Below are positions 37,964 through 50,148 of a stretch of DNA of 64,000 bases, piece after piece (position 1 is the first letter of the stretch; every line of letters begins with the position of its first letter). Both the position numbers and the translations under genes were made by a program. Origin of the DNA: Felis catus (Eukaryota). The notes below the pieces were generated by a model. It did not search any database. It was given only the letters and a program-made list of their open reading frames with translations, and was not told the DNA's origin. The stretch covers positions 19,904,001-19,968,000 of the forward strand of contig NC_058369.1 in assembly GCF_018350175.1 (NCBI RefSeq). The letters are read 5' to 3'.

Positions 37964-38318
37964 TGCTATGGTCTGAATGTTTATATCCTCCCCAAATTCT
38001 TATGTTGAAAACCTAGTGCTTGATGTGATGGTATTAGAAAGTGGGGCCTGTGGAGGATGCTTAGGTAATGAGAGTGGAGCCCTATGAATGGAATTAGTGC
38101 TTCTGTAAAAGAGACCCCAGTGAGCTCTCTAGACCCTTCTACCATGTGAAGACACAGTGAGAAGTCCACAGTCAGCAATTCAGAAGAGGGCCTTCACCAG
38201 AACCTAACCAAGCTGGCACCCTGACCTTGAATTTCTAGCAGTAAGCAATAGATTGCTATTGTATATAAGCCAGCCAGTCTATCATGTTTTCTTATAGCAG
38301 CCCAAAAGGACTAAGGCA
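37964..38318 (+). mobile_element. MLT1A-type MaLR solo LTR
   Basis: tgctatggtctgaatgttt...tgtgatggtattagaaagtggggcct...ttatagcagcccaaaaggactaaggca. Confidence 0.85.
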
Positions 38319-38404
38319 TTATCTCATCATATAAAAGAACACTGCGTTTTTATTAGTCTTCCTTCTCTTTAACTATTGATGATCTTGTTAAAAGCAATAG
38401 TATT

Positions 38405-38627
38405 TTTTTTTAAGATTTTTTTTTCAATGTTTATTTATTTTTGGGACAGAGAGAGACAGAGCATGAACGGGGGAGGGGCAGAGAGAGAGGGAGACACAGA
38501 ATTGGAAACAGGCTCCAGGCTCTGAGCCATCAGCCCAGAGCCCGACGCGGGGCTCGAACTCACGGAGCGCGAGATCGTGACCTGGCTGAAGTCGGACGCT
38601 TAACCGACTGCGCCACCCAGGCGCCCC
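38405..38627 (-). mobile_element. Young SINEC_Fc
   Basis: Perfect 16-bp TSD taaaagcaatagtatt at 38389-38404 and 38628-38643. CpGs intact. Confidence 0.97.
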
Positions 38628-40814
38628 TAAAAGCAATAGTATTGTACCAACTATATTAAGTCAGTCATTTCTAAGACTGAATATACAGAAAGGGAATTGG
38701 TCTAGGTAAGTGAGAAGTTAACCATAAGAATGGTAAAAAGAAGTGGGTGTTCTTTTTAACATGGGAAAGAAGAGTAGCTTAGCATAGATCTCTTGAACTT
38801 TCATTTCTCTTAACAAATATCGGAGGGGAGCTAAGAAGAGCGTATGTTGATTCATTGTTAGTTATAGAGTATGGTGATAACACGTTTGCGTATTAGTCAT
38901 GTTCTCCTAGTGTTTGACAATAGCTCTTAATGCAGGAAGAAAAGGATTTTTAAAGAGAATTAAGAGCATTTCCAGTACTGTTTCTTTGCATATGCCATTT
39001 CCTTGGATTTGAGCCTTGAAATAGCTTTACCCGGGTGTAATTCCAAAATAGGCTTTTGTGTATTCTCCTTTGAATTTGAATGTGATACTGCTGATGAATT
39101 AAACTTACTTTTTATAGATGATAATAATAATAATATGACATGATTTCTTTTTTCTAAGATGCAAATAGATTGGTTCTGTCCTTAAAACAAGGATCAATAC
39201 TGACAATAATTAAAAGCTTATTATTATCTTATATTGTTTTTACCTACTAGCATTGTTGTTTAGATGACAACTTCATGACACTTAATATCATTTCATCTTG
39301 CTGAATTCTTGGTCCCAAGTATTTTAAACTTTCAGCTAAAGGGGAACTCTAAATTTTTACTCATGATCCTTGAACTATGACATAAATCTTCCATAAACTT
39401 AATAAATGCTGATCAGAGTCAAAGGTCCCATAAAAAATGTCCCATAAGGATTAAGAGAAAAGGCTTGAACTGGGGAGGAATTCATTGCATCACGCAAGTT
39501 GGTGACTCTAGGGAATGTCAGTAAAAGGCAATTTAGAGGCTTCAATGCTGAATCTGTCCTGAAAGGCAGTAAAAGAAGGTAAAAATGAGGTTATTATTTC
39601 AAAGAACCTGTGAAATAAGAAAACAAGTTTTCCCTCTGAGCGTTAATGACAAAAGCAGTAATTGTTCATAGCGTAGTTGCAGTTACCTTACAAAAAGAAT
39701 ACAACCTGCTACACTTTTTAGGAACTAATACTGATTTTATGTAAAGAAAAATTGTCAGCCAGAAGAGTGATTTTTAAATGATAGAAACACAGGGGAAAAA
39801 GAAGTATCACAGAGTCAAATGTTAGTACTACCCATCCAGATACTTTTTAGGGAAAAGGGAGTTCTGTTAGGCTGGCCCTACCTCTTCCATTCTGGGGGCA
39901 TATTTTGTCTGGTAAGCTAGGTTGTATATGCAGTGGGTTGGCAAGGTTCTAGGATCCAGGCAGGAGAAAACTGATTTTTTCAGAAGTCAGCTATAAAATG
40001 AAGAGGAATTCAAGATTTGAGCCAGAGAAAGGTAAAAGCCAGGCACTGCAGTAGAACTTAACTGTTCAGAATAATCAGAACCACTGGAAATTTCATGAGG
40101 CTCAGTCTACAGAAGCACAGAGGCATTTATACAGCAGAGAAAGATCTGGTTTCATTACATTGTGGAGATGCATGCATTAGACCATGAGACTATCCTTTGA
40201 ATATCCAAATAACACACTCATTTCCAATTGTTAGGTATGCAATCATCTGATGTTTTGACTGTTTATGTATGTGTTACTAAGGCCAGTGCCAACATCAGTC
40301 TCTCTTACTGTTCCTCATTGTAGAGCAATAACTTAACATATCATTTTATTATATTTTCTTTTGAACCTCAAGTGAGGGTTGAGATATTCACACTTGCTGG
40401 TTTATGGCACACTACTGTCATTAGTCCACTTAGAGCTTTCCCTTGTTTATTTATTTTTGTTTTTCCATTATTCTCTATCTCTACTCCTATTCTCCCACCA
40501 CCACTACTGTGGGCAATTATCCTAATATATTTAACATATGTTCTTAAATATGTTATTATTCTCCAAAGAGTTTTTATATGTGTGTTTTTAATTTTGCATA
40601 AGTTATTGAAATTTGTATTTCCCCAAATAATACAATGTTGCTATGTGTACATCTAAGTTATTATTTCTTGCTGTTGCTCCTAGTTTGCCTCCCAACTTAC
40701 GATGCTACAGATAGTTCTGTGATAAACATCCCATAAAAGTTTCCTCAATAACCTGTTTGAGACTTTCTCTGGGATGTCACTGGGAGTAAGATTGCTGCAT
40801 TATAAAATATATGC

Positions 40815-41210
40815 CTATTTTTCCAAATTTATTGAGGTATAATTGGCAAATAAAATTATGTATATCTCAAGCGTATAACACTATGGTTTGATATAGGTAT
40901 ATGTTGGGAAATATTTTACCACAATCAAGTTAATTAACACATCCTTTCCATCACATAGTTACCTTTTTTCCAGTGTGTGTGATGAGAAGGCTTAATATCT
41001 ACTCTCAGCAAATTTCAAGTATATAATACACAGTACTACCAGCTATAGTCATCATGCTGTACATTAGATCACTATGTATTCATCTTAGTCATCTTATAAG
41101 TGAAAGTTTGGACCCTTTGGCCAGCATCTCCCAATATCTCCCACCCATCTCACCCCCAGCCACTAGCAACAATTATTCTACATTTTGTTCCTGAGATTGA
41201 CTTTCTACAA
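40815..41210 (-). mobile_element. Old L1 (L1MA/MB-like) 3' end
   Basis: tttattgaggtataattggcaaataaaatt...tactctcagcaaatttcaagtata. Confidence 0.7.
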
Positions 41211-41219
41211 TATAATATA

Positions 41220-41420
41220 GGGGTGCCTGGGTGGCTCAATCAGTTAAGCATCTGACTTCCACTCAGGTCATGATCTCACAGCTCAAGTGCTCTGTGCTGA
41301 CAGCTTGAGCTGGGAACCTGCTTCAGATTCTGTGTTTTCCTCTCTTTCTGCCCCTCCCCTGCTCACACTCTGTCTCTCTCTTTAAAAAATAAAATAAACA
41401 TTAAAAACTTAAAAAATAAA
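41220..41420 (+). mobile_element. Can-SINE
   Basis: ggggtgcctgggtggctcaatcagttaagc start, CT tract, A-rich tail. Confidence 0.9.
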
Positions 41421-41699
41421 ATATAAATAATATAAATAAAATATACTAAGAATTTTATATAAGAACCTTACACTAGAATGTACTACATACAATGATATAC
41501 AAATTAATGCATACTATGTAAGAACCCTAGATAAGACCCTTACACCAGAATACATTTAGTTTTCCCCTTCTAATTTTTCTATTATCATTGTACATTTTAC
41601 TTCTACATATGTTTTTGTTCTGTTTTGTTTTACAGCTTTATTGAGGTATCATTGACAAAATCATAAGATTTTCAAAGTGTACGAAGTGATCATTGATAA

Positions 41700-42175
41700 T
41701 TTCTTAAAAATAAGTATAATTGATAACACAGTGTTACATTAGTTTCAGGTGTAGTTTCATAGTGATTCAACTTCTCTATACATTATGCTGTGCTCACCAC
41801 AGGTGTAGCTACCATCTGTCACCATACATGCTATTACAATATCATTGACTTTATGCCTTGTGCTCTGCTTTTTATTCCCGTGACTTATTTATTCCATAAC
41901 TGAAAGCCTGTATCTGTCACTCCTTTCACCCATTTTCCACATACCTCCAGCAGCCATTAGTTATCTGTATTTTCAGGTCTGAGTCTGCTTTTTGTTTGAT
42001 TGTTTATTCATTTGTTTTGCTTTTTGGATTCTACATAGAGTGAAATCATATGGTATTTGTCTTTTTCAGGTTGACTTATTTCACTTAGCATAATATTTTC
42101 TGGGTCTGTTCATGTTATTGCAAATGGCAAGATCCCATCTTTTTTATGGCTGCATAATATTCCAGCATGTCTATA

Positions 42176-42210
<35 letters not shown>

Positions 42211-42352
42211 ATGTGTACACACTACATGTATCTTCTTTATCCATTCATCAGTCAGTGAGCATTGGGGTTGCTTCTATAATTTGGCTATTGTAAATAATGC
42301 TACAATAAACACAGGCATGCCTATATCTCTTTGAATTAGTGCTTTCATATTC
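41700..42352 (-). mobile_element. Old L1 3' end containing a (GT)n/(GTAT)n microsatellite
   Basis: gtgttacattagtttcaggtgta...gctcaccacaggtgtagctaccatctgtcacc. Confidence 0.8.
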
Positions 42353-43340
42353 AACAATCAACAGAACAAAAAGACAAACAACTGAGCTAAAGAAGATATT
42401 TGCAAATTATATCTCTGTGATAAGGGGTTAGTATGCAAAATATATAAAGAACTTATACAACTCAACACCCCCAAACCAAATAATCCAGTTTAAAAATGGA
42501 CAGCAGACATGAACAGACATTTTTCCAAAGAAGGCATACACAGATGGCCAATAGACACATGAAAAGATGATCAATATCACTAATCAGGGAATTGCAAATC
42601 AAAATCACAATGATGTATCCCTCACACCTGTCACAGTGGCTAAAATGAAATAGGCAAGAAACAACAAATGTTGGCAAGGATATAGAGAAAGAGGAAACCT
42701 CCTGCATTGTTGGTGAGAATGTAAATTGGTGCAGCCACTGTGGAAAACAGTATGGAGGTTCCTCAAAAAAACTAAATAGAAATGCCATATGATCCAATAA
42801 TTTCCTAATGGGTATTTACTCAAAGAATATGAAAACACTATTTCAAAAAGATATATAGACCCCTATGTTTATTGCAGCATTATTTACAATAGCCAAATTA
42901 TAGAAGCAACCCAAGTACTCATTGACTGATGAATGGATAAAGAAGATACAATGGAATATTACTCAGCCATCAAATGAAATCCTGCCTTTTGTGACAGCAT
43001 GGATAAATCTAGAGAGTAGTATTGTAAGTGAAATAACTAATAACTCAGAAAAAGACAAATACCATATGATTTCACTTATATGTGGAATTTAAGAAACAAA
43101 CAAATGAACAAAGAAAAAAAGAGACAAAGAAACAGACTCTTAAATATAGAGAACAAACTGGTGGTTACCAGATAGGAGGTAGGTGAGGAGATGGTTGAAA
43201 TACATGAAGGGAATTAAAGGTACACTTATCATGATGAGCACTGAGTAATATAGAGAATCATTGAATCACCATATTGTACACCTGAAACTAATATAATACT
43301 TAACTTTAATTATACTAGAAATTAAAAATAAAAAATAAAA
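42353..43340 (+). mobile_element. Old truncated L1 with 3' end and A tail, head-to-head with the previous element
   Basis: Decayed ORF2 C-terminus, then gtacacctgaaactaatataa...aaaaataaaaaataaaa. Confidence 0.85.
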
Positions 43341-44089
43341 GATTTATCAGCAAAGTTTTTATAGTATATTGGTTTTAGTAGTTTACTTTGAGTTCCATGT
43401 TTATAAGTAAATGCCTAAAGAAATTTTATTAGGGTTGGTCATTATTCTGAAGTCCATTCAACTCTGGGACATGGTCAAAATCATATTAGTGCTAAGAGCC
43501 AGACCATGGATAGTTGTAAGTTTACCACATAATTATCCTCTTGTAGGGATCTTTCTAGTGAACTGGATAACCTTGCCCAAGTAGCACATCTTTGCATTAC
43601 TATATGTGAGTCTTAGTCTGTTGATCCTCATTAAAGAGATGGAGCTGTGCTGATGAAAGGAAATGGAGTTACCTCTTCTGTTCTATCAGTCTGGAAATTA
43701 CAAAAAATTGGGGGGCGTTCAGGGTGGCTACATTGAACAGTATATGGGGCTAGATATACCTCTTTGTGTTATCTAGAGTAGTGGTTTCCAAACATTTTTA
43801 TTGTGTATCATAACCATTAAAAGTTTTTCTTTCAACATGCATGTGTGCACACACCCACATATACACTTACCTATAAATCATATACATGTACATGTATGTT
43901 TACGTTATTTAAAACATACTATAAAATATATACAACTAAATTTTAAACATCAGAAAGATTAATAATATTAATTTTATGTATTTTAAAACCAATATTCTGT
44001 TCAGTAAAATATCCTCAATAGTATCATCATTGATATATGAGAATTAGGGAATTATGGTTTTAGAAGGTTGTATATAACCATATACATTT

Positions 44090-44294
44090 AAAAAAAATTT
44101 TTTTGAAAGACAGAAAGAGACAGAGCATAAGTGGGGGAGGGGCAGAGAGAGAGACACACACACAGAATCTGCAGCAGGCTCTACGCTCTGAGCTGTCAAC
44201 ACAGAGCCCCATGCAGGGCTCAAACTCACAAACCATGAGATCATGACCTGAGCTAGAGTCAGACGTTTAACCGACTGAGCCACCCAGGTGCCCC
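44090..44294 (-). mobile_element. Can-SINE
   Basis: TSD taaccatatacattt (44075-44089) / taaccacatacattt (44295-44309). Confidence 0.92.
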
Positions 44295-44309
44295 TAACCA
44301 CATACATTT

Positions 44310-45130
44310 TTTTTTATGGTTTGTAGATTTATTTTTTTTTATGGTTTGTAGATTTATTTATTTTTTTATATATGAAATTTATTGACAAATTGGTTTCCAT
44401 ACAATACCCAGTGCTCATCCCAAAAGGTGCCCTCCTCAATACCCATCACCCACCCTCCCCTCCCTCCCACCCCCATCAACCCTCAGTTTGCTCTCAGTTT
44501 TTAACAGTCTCTTATGCTTTGGTTCTCTCCCACTCTAACCTCTTTTTTTTTTTCTTCCCCTCCCCCATGGGTTCCTGTTAAGTTTCTCAGGATCCACATA
44601 AGAGTGAAACCATATGGTATCTGTCTTTCTCTGTATGGCTTATTTCACTTAGCATCACACTCTCCAGTTCCAACCACGTTGCTACAAAAGGCCATATTTC
44701 ATTTTTTCTCATTGCCACGTAGTATTCCGTTGTGTATATAAACCACAATTTCTTTATCCATTCATCAGTTGATGGACATTTAGGCTCTTTCCATAATTTG
44801 GCTATTGTTGAGAGTGCTGCTATGAACATTGGGGTCCAAGTGCCCCTATGCATCAGTACTCCTGTATCCCTTGGGTAAGTTCCTAGCAGTGCTATCGCTG
44901 GGTCATAGGGTAGGTCTATTTTTAATTTTCTGAGGAACCTCCACACTGCTTTCCAGAGCGGCTGCACCAATTTGCATTCCCACCAACAGTGCAAGAGGGT
45001 TCCCATTTCTCCACATCCTCTCCAGCATCTATAGTCTCCTGATTTGTTCATTTTGGCCACTCTGACTGGCGTGAGGTCAGACTGGCGTGAGGTGATATCT
45101 GAGTGTGGTTTTGATTTGTATTTCCCTGAT
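44310..45130 (-). mobile_element. Young 5'-truncated felid L1
   Basis: Open ORF2 C-terminus at 44587-45060, highly similar to 703-1359 and 19751-20740. No clear TSD. Confidence 0.93.
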
Positions 45131-45479
45131 ATGGGAATGAGATATATAAAAGGTCTAGCTTTTCTGTTGATTCTGACGGGATCATTGTAGGTTTGGCTGG
45201 TTTCATTTGTTAATATTTAAAGTAATAAACATCAGTGAAGGCTGGATTGAGACTCAGTTTAACTTTGTGACCCATAGTAATCTGCTTGAGGTAGAGGATG
45301 GAAGAGGGCCTTTTATGGTAGGGGTTATTTAATTTCATCTTTAAAAAAATCAGATATATGTATATATGGGTTTTTAAATCATATATTAAAGGCAACTAGG
45401 CCTTAAATGAAAAACAATAGTTTTAGGTCCTGTTTCTCCTCATTCTTGAATCCCGCTATACACACATTTTACTCAGCAC

Positions 45480-46308
45480 TTTTAGTTATTTCTTCTGATA
45501 CTTCATATATCTAAAGAATATTCTTTTAATGTATATCTTGATTTTTTTCTATTTTAGGTATAATTTCATGATCTTCTGGTATAGAAAATGAGAATTAAGC
45601 TCTGAATGTTCTTCTACATACATATATACTCTTCCCTCCTCCAGTGTTTCCATAATAGTTACATCACCATTTTGTTGTTGTTGAATCAATATGCAGTTGT
45701 TACTATGCCCATATAACTATTTTCACATCTATTTTCACACTATTTCACATCTTTATAGTGAATTAAGTTTACATTTCCTTTCTTGTGTAACTTTGTTTTT
45801 TTGTGGTTAATAATTGTTTCTCTTTTCATTTGTCTTGTTTCCTCTGTTTTCTAAGTCTTAACCTTCTAGCAGAATTGAAAATCTCCTTTGAATATGCTTA
45901 AACACTTTAGATATTTTACCAGTTTTTTTTTCTCAGTGATATTTTGTATGAAACCCTCCAACCTCCTATGTTAATCTGCCCTTAGAATTTTCTTTGCCCC
46001 TCTCCTAGGTCCCTCTGTCTTCTGGATTAAATCAGTGTCACCTTAATTATTGGTTTACTTTCTAATTTGATGAATCACTGTCTCCATAGCTTCCTGAGAA
46101 AAGTGTGTGGGAGAATTTTTTTTTTTTTTTTTTTGAGATTTTACATAAGTGCCTTTACCTTAGCTTGATTCATAGTTTGGCTTGGAATAAAATTCTTGGT
46201 TACAAATAAACTACAGAAATTTTAAAGCATTCCTTCATTATTTTCTAGTTTCCAGTGTTGTTGACAAATCTAGTGTCATTCTATTTCCTGACTCTGGTTG
46301 ACAAGTTT

Positions 46309-46368
<60 letters not shown>

Positions 46369-47020
46369 TTTTTTTTTCCTTTGACAAGTTGTTTTCCATG
46401 AAAGATTTTAGGATCATCTCTTTGTTCCCAGTGCTTTGCAATTTTGCAATAGTATGTCTTAACTGGATCTTTTTTCCTTGATTATGATCACTATTCCTGA
46501 GTTCTATCATCACAGAAACTCATTTCCTTCAGTCCTGGGGCATTTATTGTATTAGTTTCTTGTTTTAGTTTCTTCCTGTCTGTTTCCATATTTCTCTTTT
46601 CCTATAATTCTTTTATTGGAATTGGACATCCCAAAATTATTTGTTAATTTTCTTATGTTTCCCCCCCATTTATTCATTGTATTACTTTTTTTGTTCTATT
46701 TTACAACAGAATTCTTCAACTTTCTATTCTATCACTTTTACTGAATTTTGCTTTAAATTACATTGATCTTATTTTTAACTTCCAAAGTTATTTTGGGCTC
46801 TGGATCTTTTTCTCCTTTTCTGTTTTATCCTCTTCTTATTTCATGGATGTACTATAATCTCTGTGTTCTCTGAAAATACTGATGATTATTTTTTTGAAAT
46901 TTTCTTTTACTCCTGGCATTGTTTTCGTTTCCTCTAGTTTCCATTTTTCTGATTGTTTGGTCTCTTTCCTTCATGTTGGGAGCTTTCTTCACTATATGGT
47001 GTTCTTTCCTATTGATATTT
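45480..47020 (-). mobile_element. Ancient L1 ORF1 / inter-ORF relic with (TTTC)n at about 46307-46370
   Basis: Minus-strand peptide QLRHTIAKLQSTGNKEMILK...RMTLDLSTTLETRK resembles ORF1 RHIIVK...KEKILK...RLTxDLS. Confidence 0.6.
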
Positions 47021-47038
47021 AAGAATGTGGCATTAAAA

Positions 47039-47254
47039 GGGTGCCTGGGTGGCTCAGTTGGTTAAGTATATGACTTTGGCTCAGGTCATGATCTCACGGT
47101 TCGTGGGTTCAAGCCCCACGTTGGGGTCTGTGCTGACAGCTCGGAGCCTGGAGCCTGCTTTGGATTCTGTGTCTCCCTCTTTCTCTGCCCCTCCCCTACT
47201 CATGCTCTGTCTCTCTTTCTCTCTCTCAAAAATAAATAAACATTTAAAAAAAAA
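47039..47254 (+). mobile_element. Can-SINE
   Basis: TSD aagaatgtggcattaaaa / aggatgaggcattaaaa. Confidence 0.92.
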
Positions 47255-47689
47255 GGATGAGGCATTAAAATGTTGCCAGAACACTCTGTGAATGGAACTA
47301 GTATTTACTAACCAATGGACGTTCTGTAGAGTTATCAGAGAAGGGATGGATTTTCATGGGAGAAGGGGAGTAACTGTCAGTATTTCTGGGTCTTTTCCCC
47401 TGGGCCTTATTTTCCCAGTGAGGAACCTTGCATTCTCTTTCCTAGGATGATGTAGTAAACCTGGCTGTCAGCATTTTGGGAGCTCAGTGTGGGAAGGGCA
47501 CCAGGGATCCCATCATTTACTACCTAATCTTTGACTTAATTTCCCAGTTTTTAATATCATTTGCTCTTTTTGGTGTCTCCATGGTATAGACCCTGTTTTA
47601 ACCTCTGCAGAGAGTAAACTATCACATGGAAAAAGGTATCCAGTGGGGAAAGCCTGGATAACGATCTGAAGGTCTTACAGACTTTTTTT

Positions 47690-48172
47690 TTTTAGTAGAA
47701 AAAAGATAGACTTTGTTTTTTTACTTTGGAAAACTTTTGTTTGTTTTTTAAGTTTTTATTGAAATTCTAGTTAGTTGACATACAGTGTAATATTAATTTC
47801 AAGTGTACAATTTAGTGATTTGACACTTTTTTTAAACGTTTATTTATTTTTGAGACAGAGAGAGACAGAGCATGAAGGGGGGAGGGGCAGAGAGAGAAAG
47901 AGACACAGAATCGGAAGCAGGCTCCAGGCTCTGAGCCATCAGCCCAGAGCCTGACACGGGGCTTGGGCCCACAGACCACGAGATCGTGACCTGAGCTGAA
48001 GTCGGATGCTTAACCGACTGCGCTACCCAAGCGCCCCTGATTTGACACTTCTAAACAACACTCAGTGCTCAACACACAGCCAACTGCGCACCTTAATCCC
48101 CATCACCTATTTCACCCATCCCCCCTTTCTCCTCCCCTCTCATAACCATCAGTTTGTTCTCTATAGTTAAGA
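47690..48172 (-). mobile_element. L1 3' end fragment split by a SINE
   Basis: ttagttgacatacagtgtaatattaatttc...ataaccatcagtttgttctctatagttaagagtc. Confidence 0.75.
47829..48037 (-). mobile_element. Felid SINE
   Basis: TSD tgatttgacactt at 47816-47828 and 48038-48050. Confidence 0.93.
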
Positions 48173-48184
48173 GTCTTATAGACA

Positions 48185-48398
48185 TTTTTTAATGTTTATT
48201 TATTTTTGAGAGAGAAAGACACACACACAGAGTGTGAGTCAGGGAGGGGCAGAGAGAGAGGGAGACACAGAATCTGAAGCAGACTCCAGGCTCTGAGCTG
48301 TCATCACAGAGCCCAGCACAGGGCTGGAACTCACAAACCACAAGATCATGACCTGAGCAAAGTCGGATGCATAACTGACTGAGCCACCCAGCCGCCCC
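48185..48398 (-). mobile_element. Can-SINE
   Basis: Ends ...actgactgagccacccagccgcccc. Flanked by gtctta(t/ac)agac repeats. Confidence 0.9.
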
Positions 48399-49402
48399 AA
48401 GTCTTAACAGACTTTTAAAAGACTTTTAACCAATCCTGTTTCCATTCCCCAGGCATGCACTTCAGATCCACCACACACATACGCTTTCAGGGGTTCCTGG
48501 TATCTCCGATCCCTGAGTCTTTCTTCACAGACAATAGATTTGATTCTTACTGATTGATTTCCTTCCAACCCTCCCATCCTCCCCACGTGTATTCCCCTCC
48601 TTGTCCCCAGATATGTTCATTTCCATATCTGAGAAGAGGTACCTCCACGAAAGGATTAAATGTTGTCTTTAAGTAGAGGTTTGTTCTATCTTGTGTAGAA
48701 GGGCTACCTGTGAGCCTGAGAATGCTTTAGCTGTCCATAGCTCCCTGTCAGGTAAGTTCACTCTGTTCAGAGTTGTGAATGGGTGCCCTTGATATCAGCA
48801 ACTGCAGCCTCCATTTTTTTGTATCACTAACATTTTCCTTATCTTTCAGTTGACTTTGCTCCCTTCTTATCAAGATTCTTATCTGCTCTAGTGAAAGAAT
48901 ATGATCAGCTTATTTAAACTAAAATAGAATTTTCAAAGTCTTAGCTCTCCTGGAAATACTTGTGTTATAAAATAAGATTGACACTATGAAGGTCTTATTT
49001 TGGTTATTATTAAGTCTGTTTGGGTTGGGAGTGGAATGAAGAAGATATCATGGCCCTTCAGAAATGGAGGAATAAGTATGTATGCCAGGCAAATAAGATT
49101 GTATCAGGCGCACCCCCATATTCGCGAACAGTTTAAAAAGAATTTTCACATTGCTGCTTTGCATTTTTATTTCTTGCAAACATGTGCTTGAAAATCACTG
49201 TGAAATAGCTTGGATTTAGGTACTGTTTTGTTTCACAGAAATTTCTCTTTTGACCTCAGTTTTGAGCCTTGGCCAACTGTGTCATGGAACAACCTTAAAA
49301 TGACAGTCTAAATTCCTGGGTTTAACGATATTTTTGGCAGAAAAGTCATTAGAATGGCAAGTACTGCAGTTTAGATATTTTTATATTATACTGGGATTAG
49401 TT

Positions 49403-49566
49403 GGGGTGCCAGGGTGGCTCAGTCAGTTAAGCATCCAACTTTGAATCAGGTCATGATCTTGCAGTCCATGAGTTCGAGCCCTATGTCAGGCTCTGTGCTG
49501 ACAGTTCAGAGCCTGGAGCCTGCTTCGGATTCTGTGTCTCCCTCCCTCTGACTCTCCCCTGCTCAT

Positions 49567-49603
<37 letters not shown>

Positions 49604-49630
49604 AATGAATAAATATTGAAAAAAAAAGAA
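49403..49630 (+). mobile_element. Can-SINE
   Basis: ggggtgccagggtggctcagtcagttaagc start, (CT)n, A tail. Confidence 0.92.
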
Positions 49631-49697
49631 AGAAAGTGAAAGAATAAGACACCTACCTATATATAAATAAAAGCATGTTCAAAAAGTAAGAAGTAAT

Positions 49698-49914
49698 GGG
49701 ACGCCTGGGTGGCTCAGTTGGTGAAGCGTCTGACTCTTGATTTCGCCTTGGGTTATGATCTCATGGTTTGTGAGATAGAGCCCTGCATTCGGCTCCATTC
49801 TGACAGCTTGGAGTTGGCTTGGGATACTCTCTATCCATCTTTCTCTGCTCCTCCCCTGCTCATTCACCATTCACTCTCTGTCTGTCTGTCTCTCTCTCAA
49901 AAAATAAAAATAAA
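49698..49914 (+). mobile_element. Can-SINE
   Basis: gggacgcctgggtggctcagttgg start. Degenerate TSD aaaaagtaagaagtaat / aaaaagcaacaagtcat. Confidence 0.9.
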
Positions 49915-49942
49915 AAAAAGCAACAAGTCATAGGATAGTTCT

Positions 49943-50148
49943 GTTTTTTTATTTTATTTTTTATTTTTTATAATTTACATCCAGATTAATTAGCATATAG
50001 TGAAGCAGTGATTTCAGGAGTAGATTCCTTAATAATATAAAAACAGGGAGGGGGACAAAACAGAAGAGACTCATAAATATGGAGAACAAACTGAGGATAG
50101 CTGGAGGGGTTTTGGGAGGGGGATGGGCTACATGGGTAAGGGGCATTA
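49943..50148 (-). mobile_element. Miniature twin-primed L1 (3'UTR only; 50034-50148 inverted)
   Basis: TSD aggatagttct at 49932-49942 and 50149-50159. Confidence 0.85.

Noticed and set aside
38424..38659. Recurrent ORFs GAPGWRSRLSVRLQ... / MGQRETEHERGRG... (also 55869-56159, 57296-57571)
   Set aside because: They are translations of SINEC_Fc sequence.
43778..44040. Possible hAT/MER DNA transposon relic (agtagtggtttccaaac)
   Set aside because: Only one terminus-like motif and no matching second TIR found.
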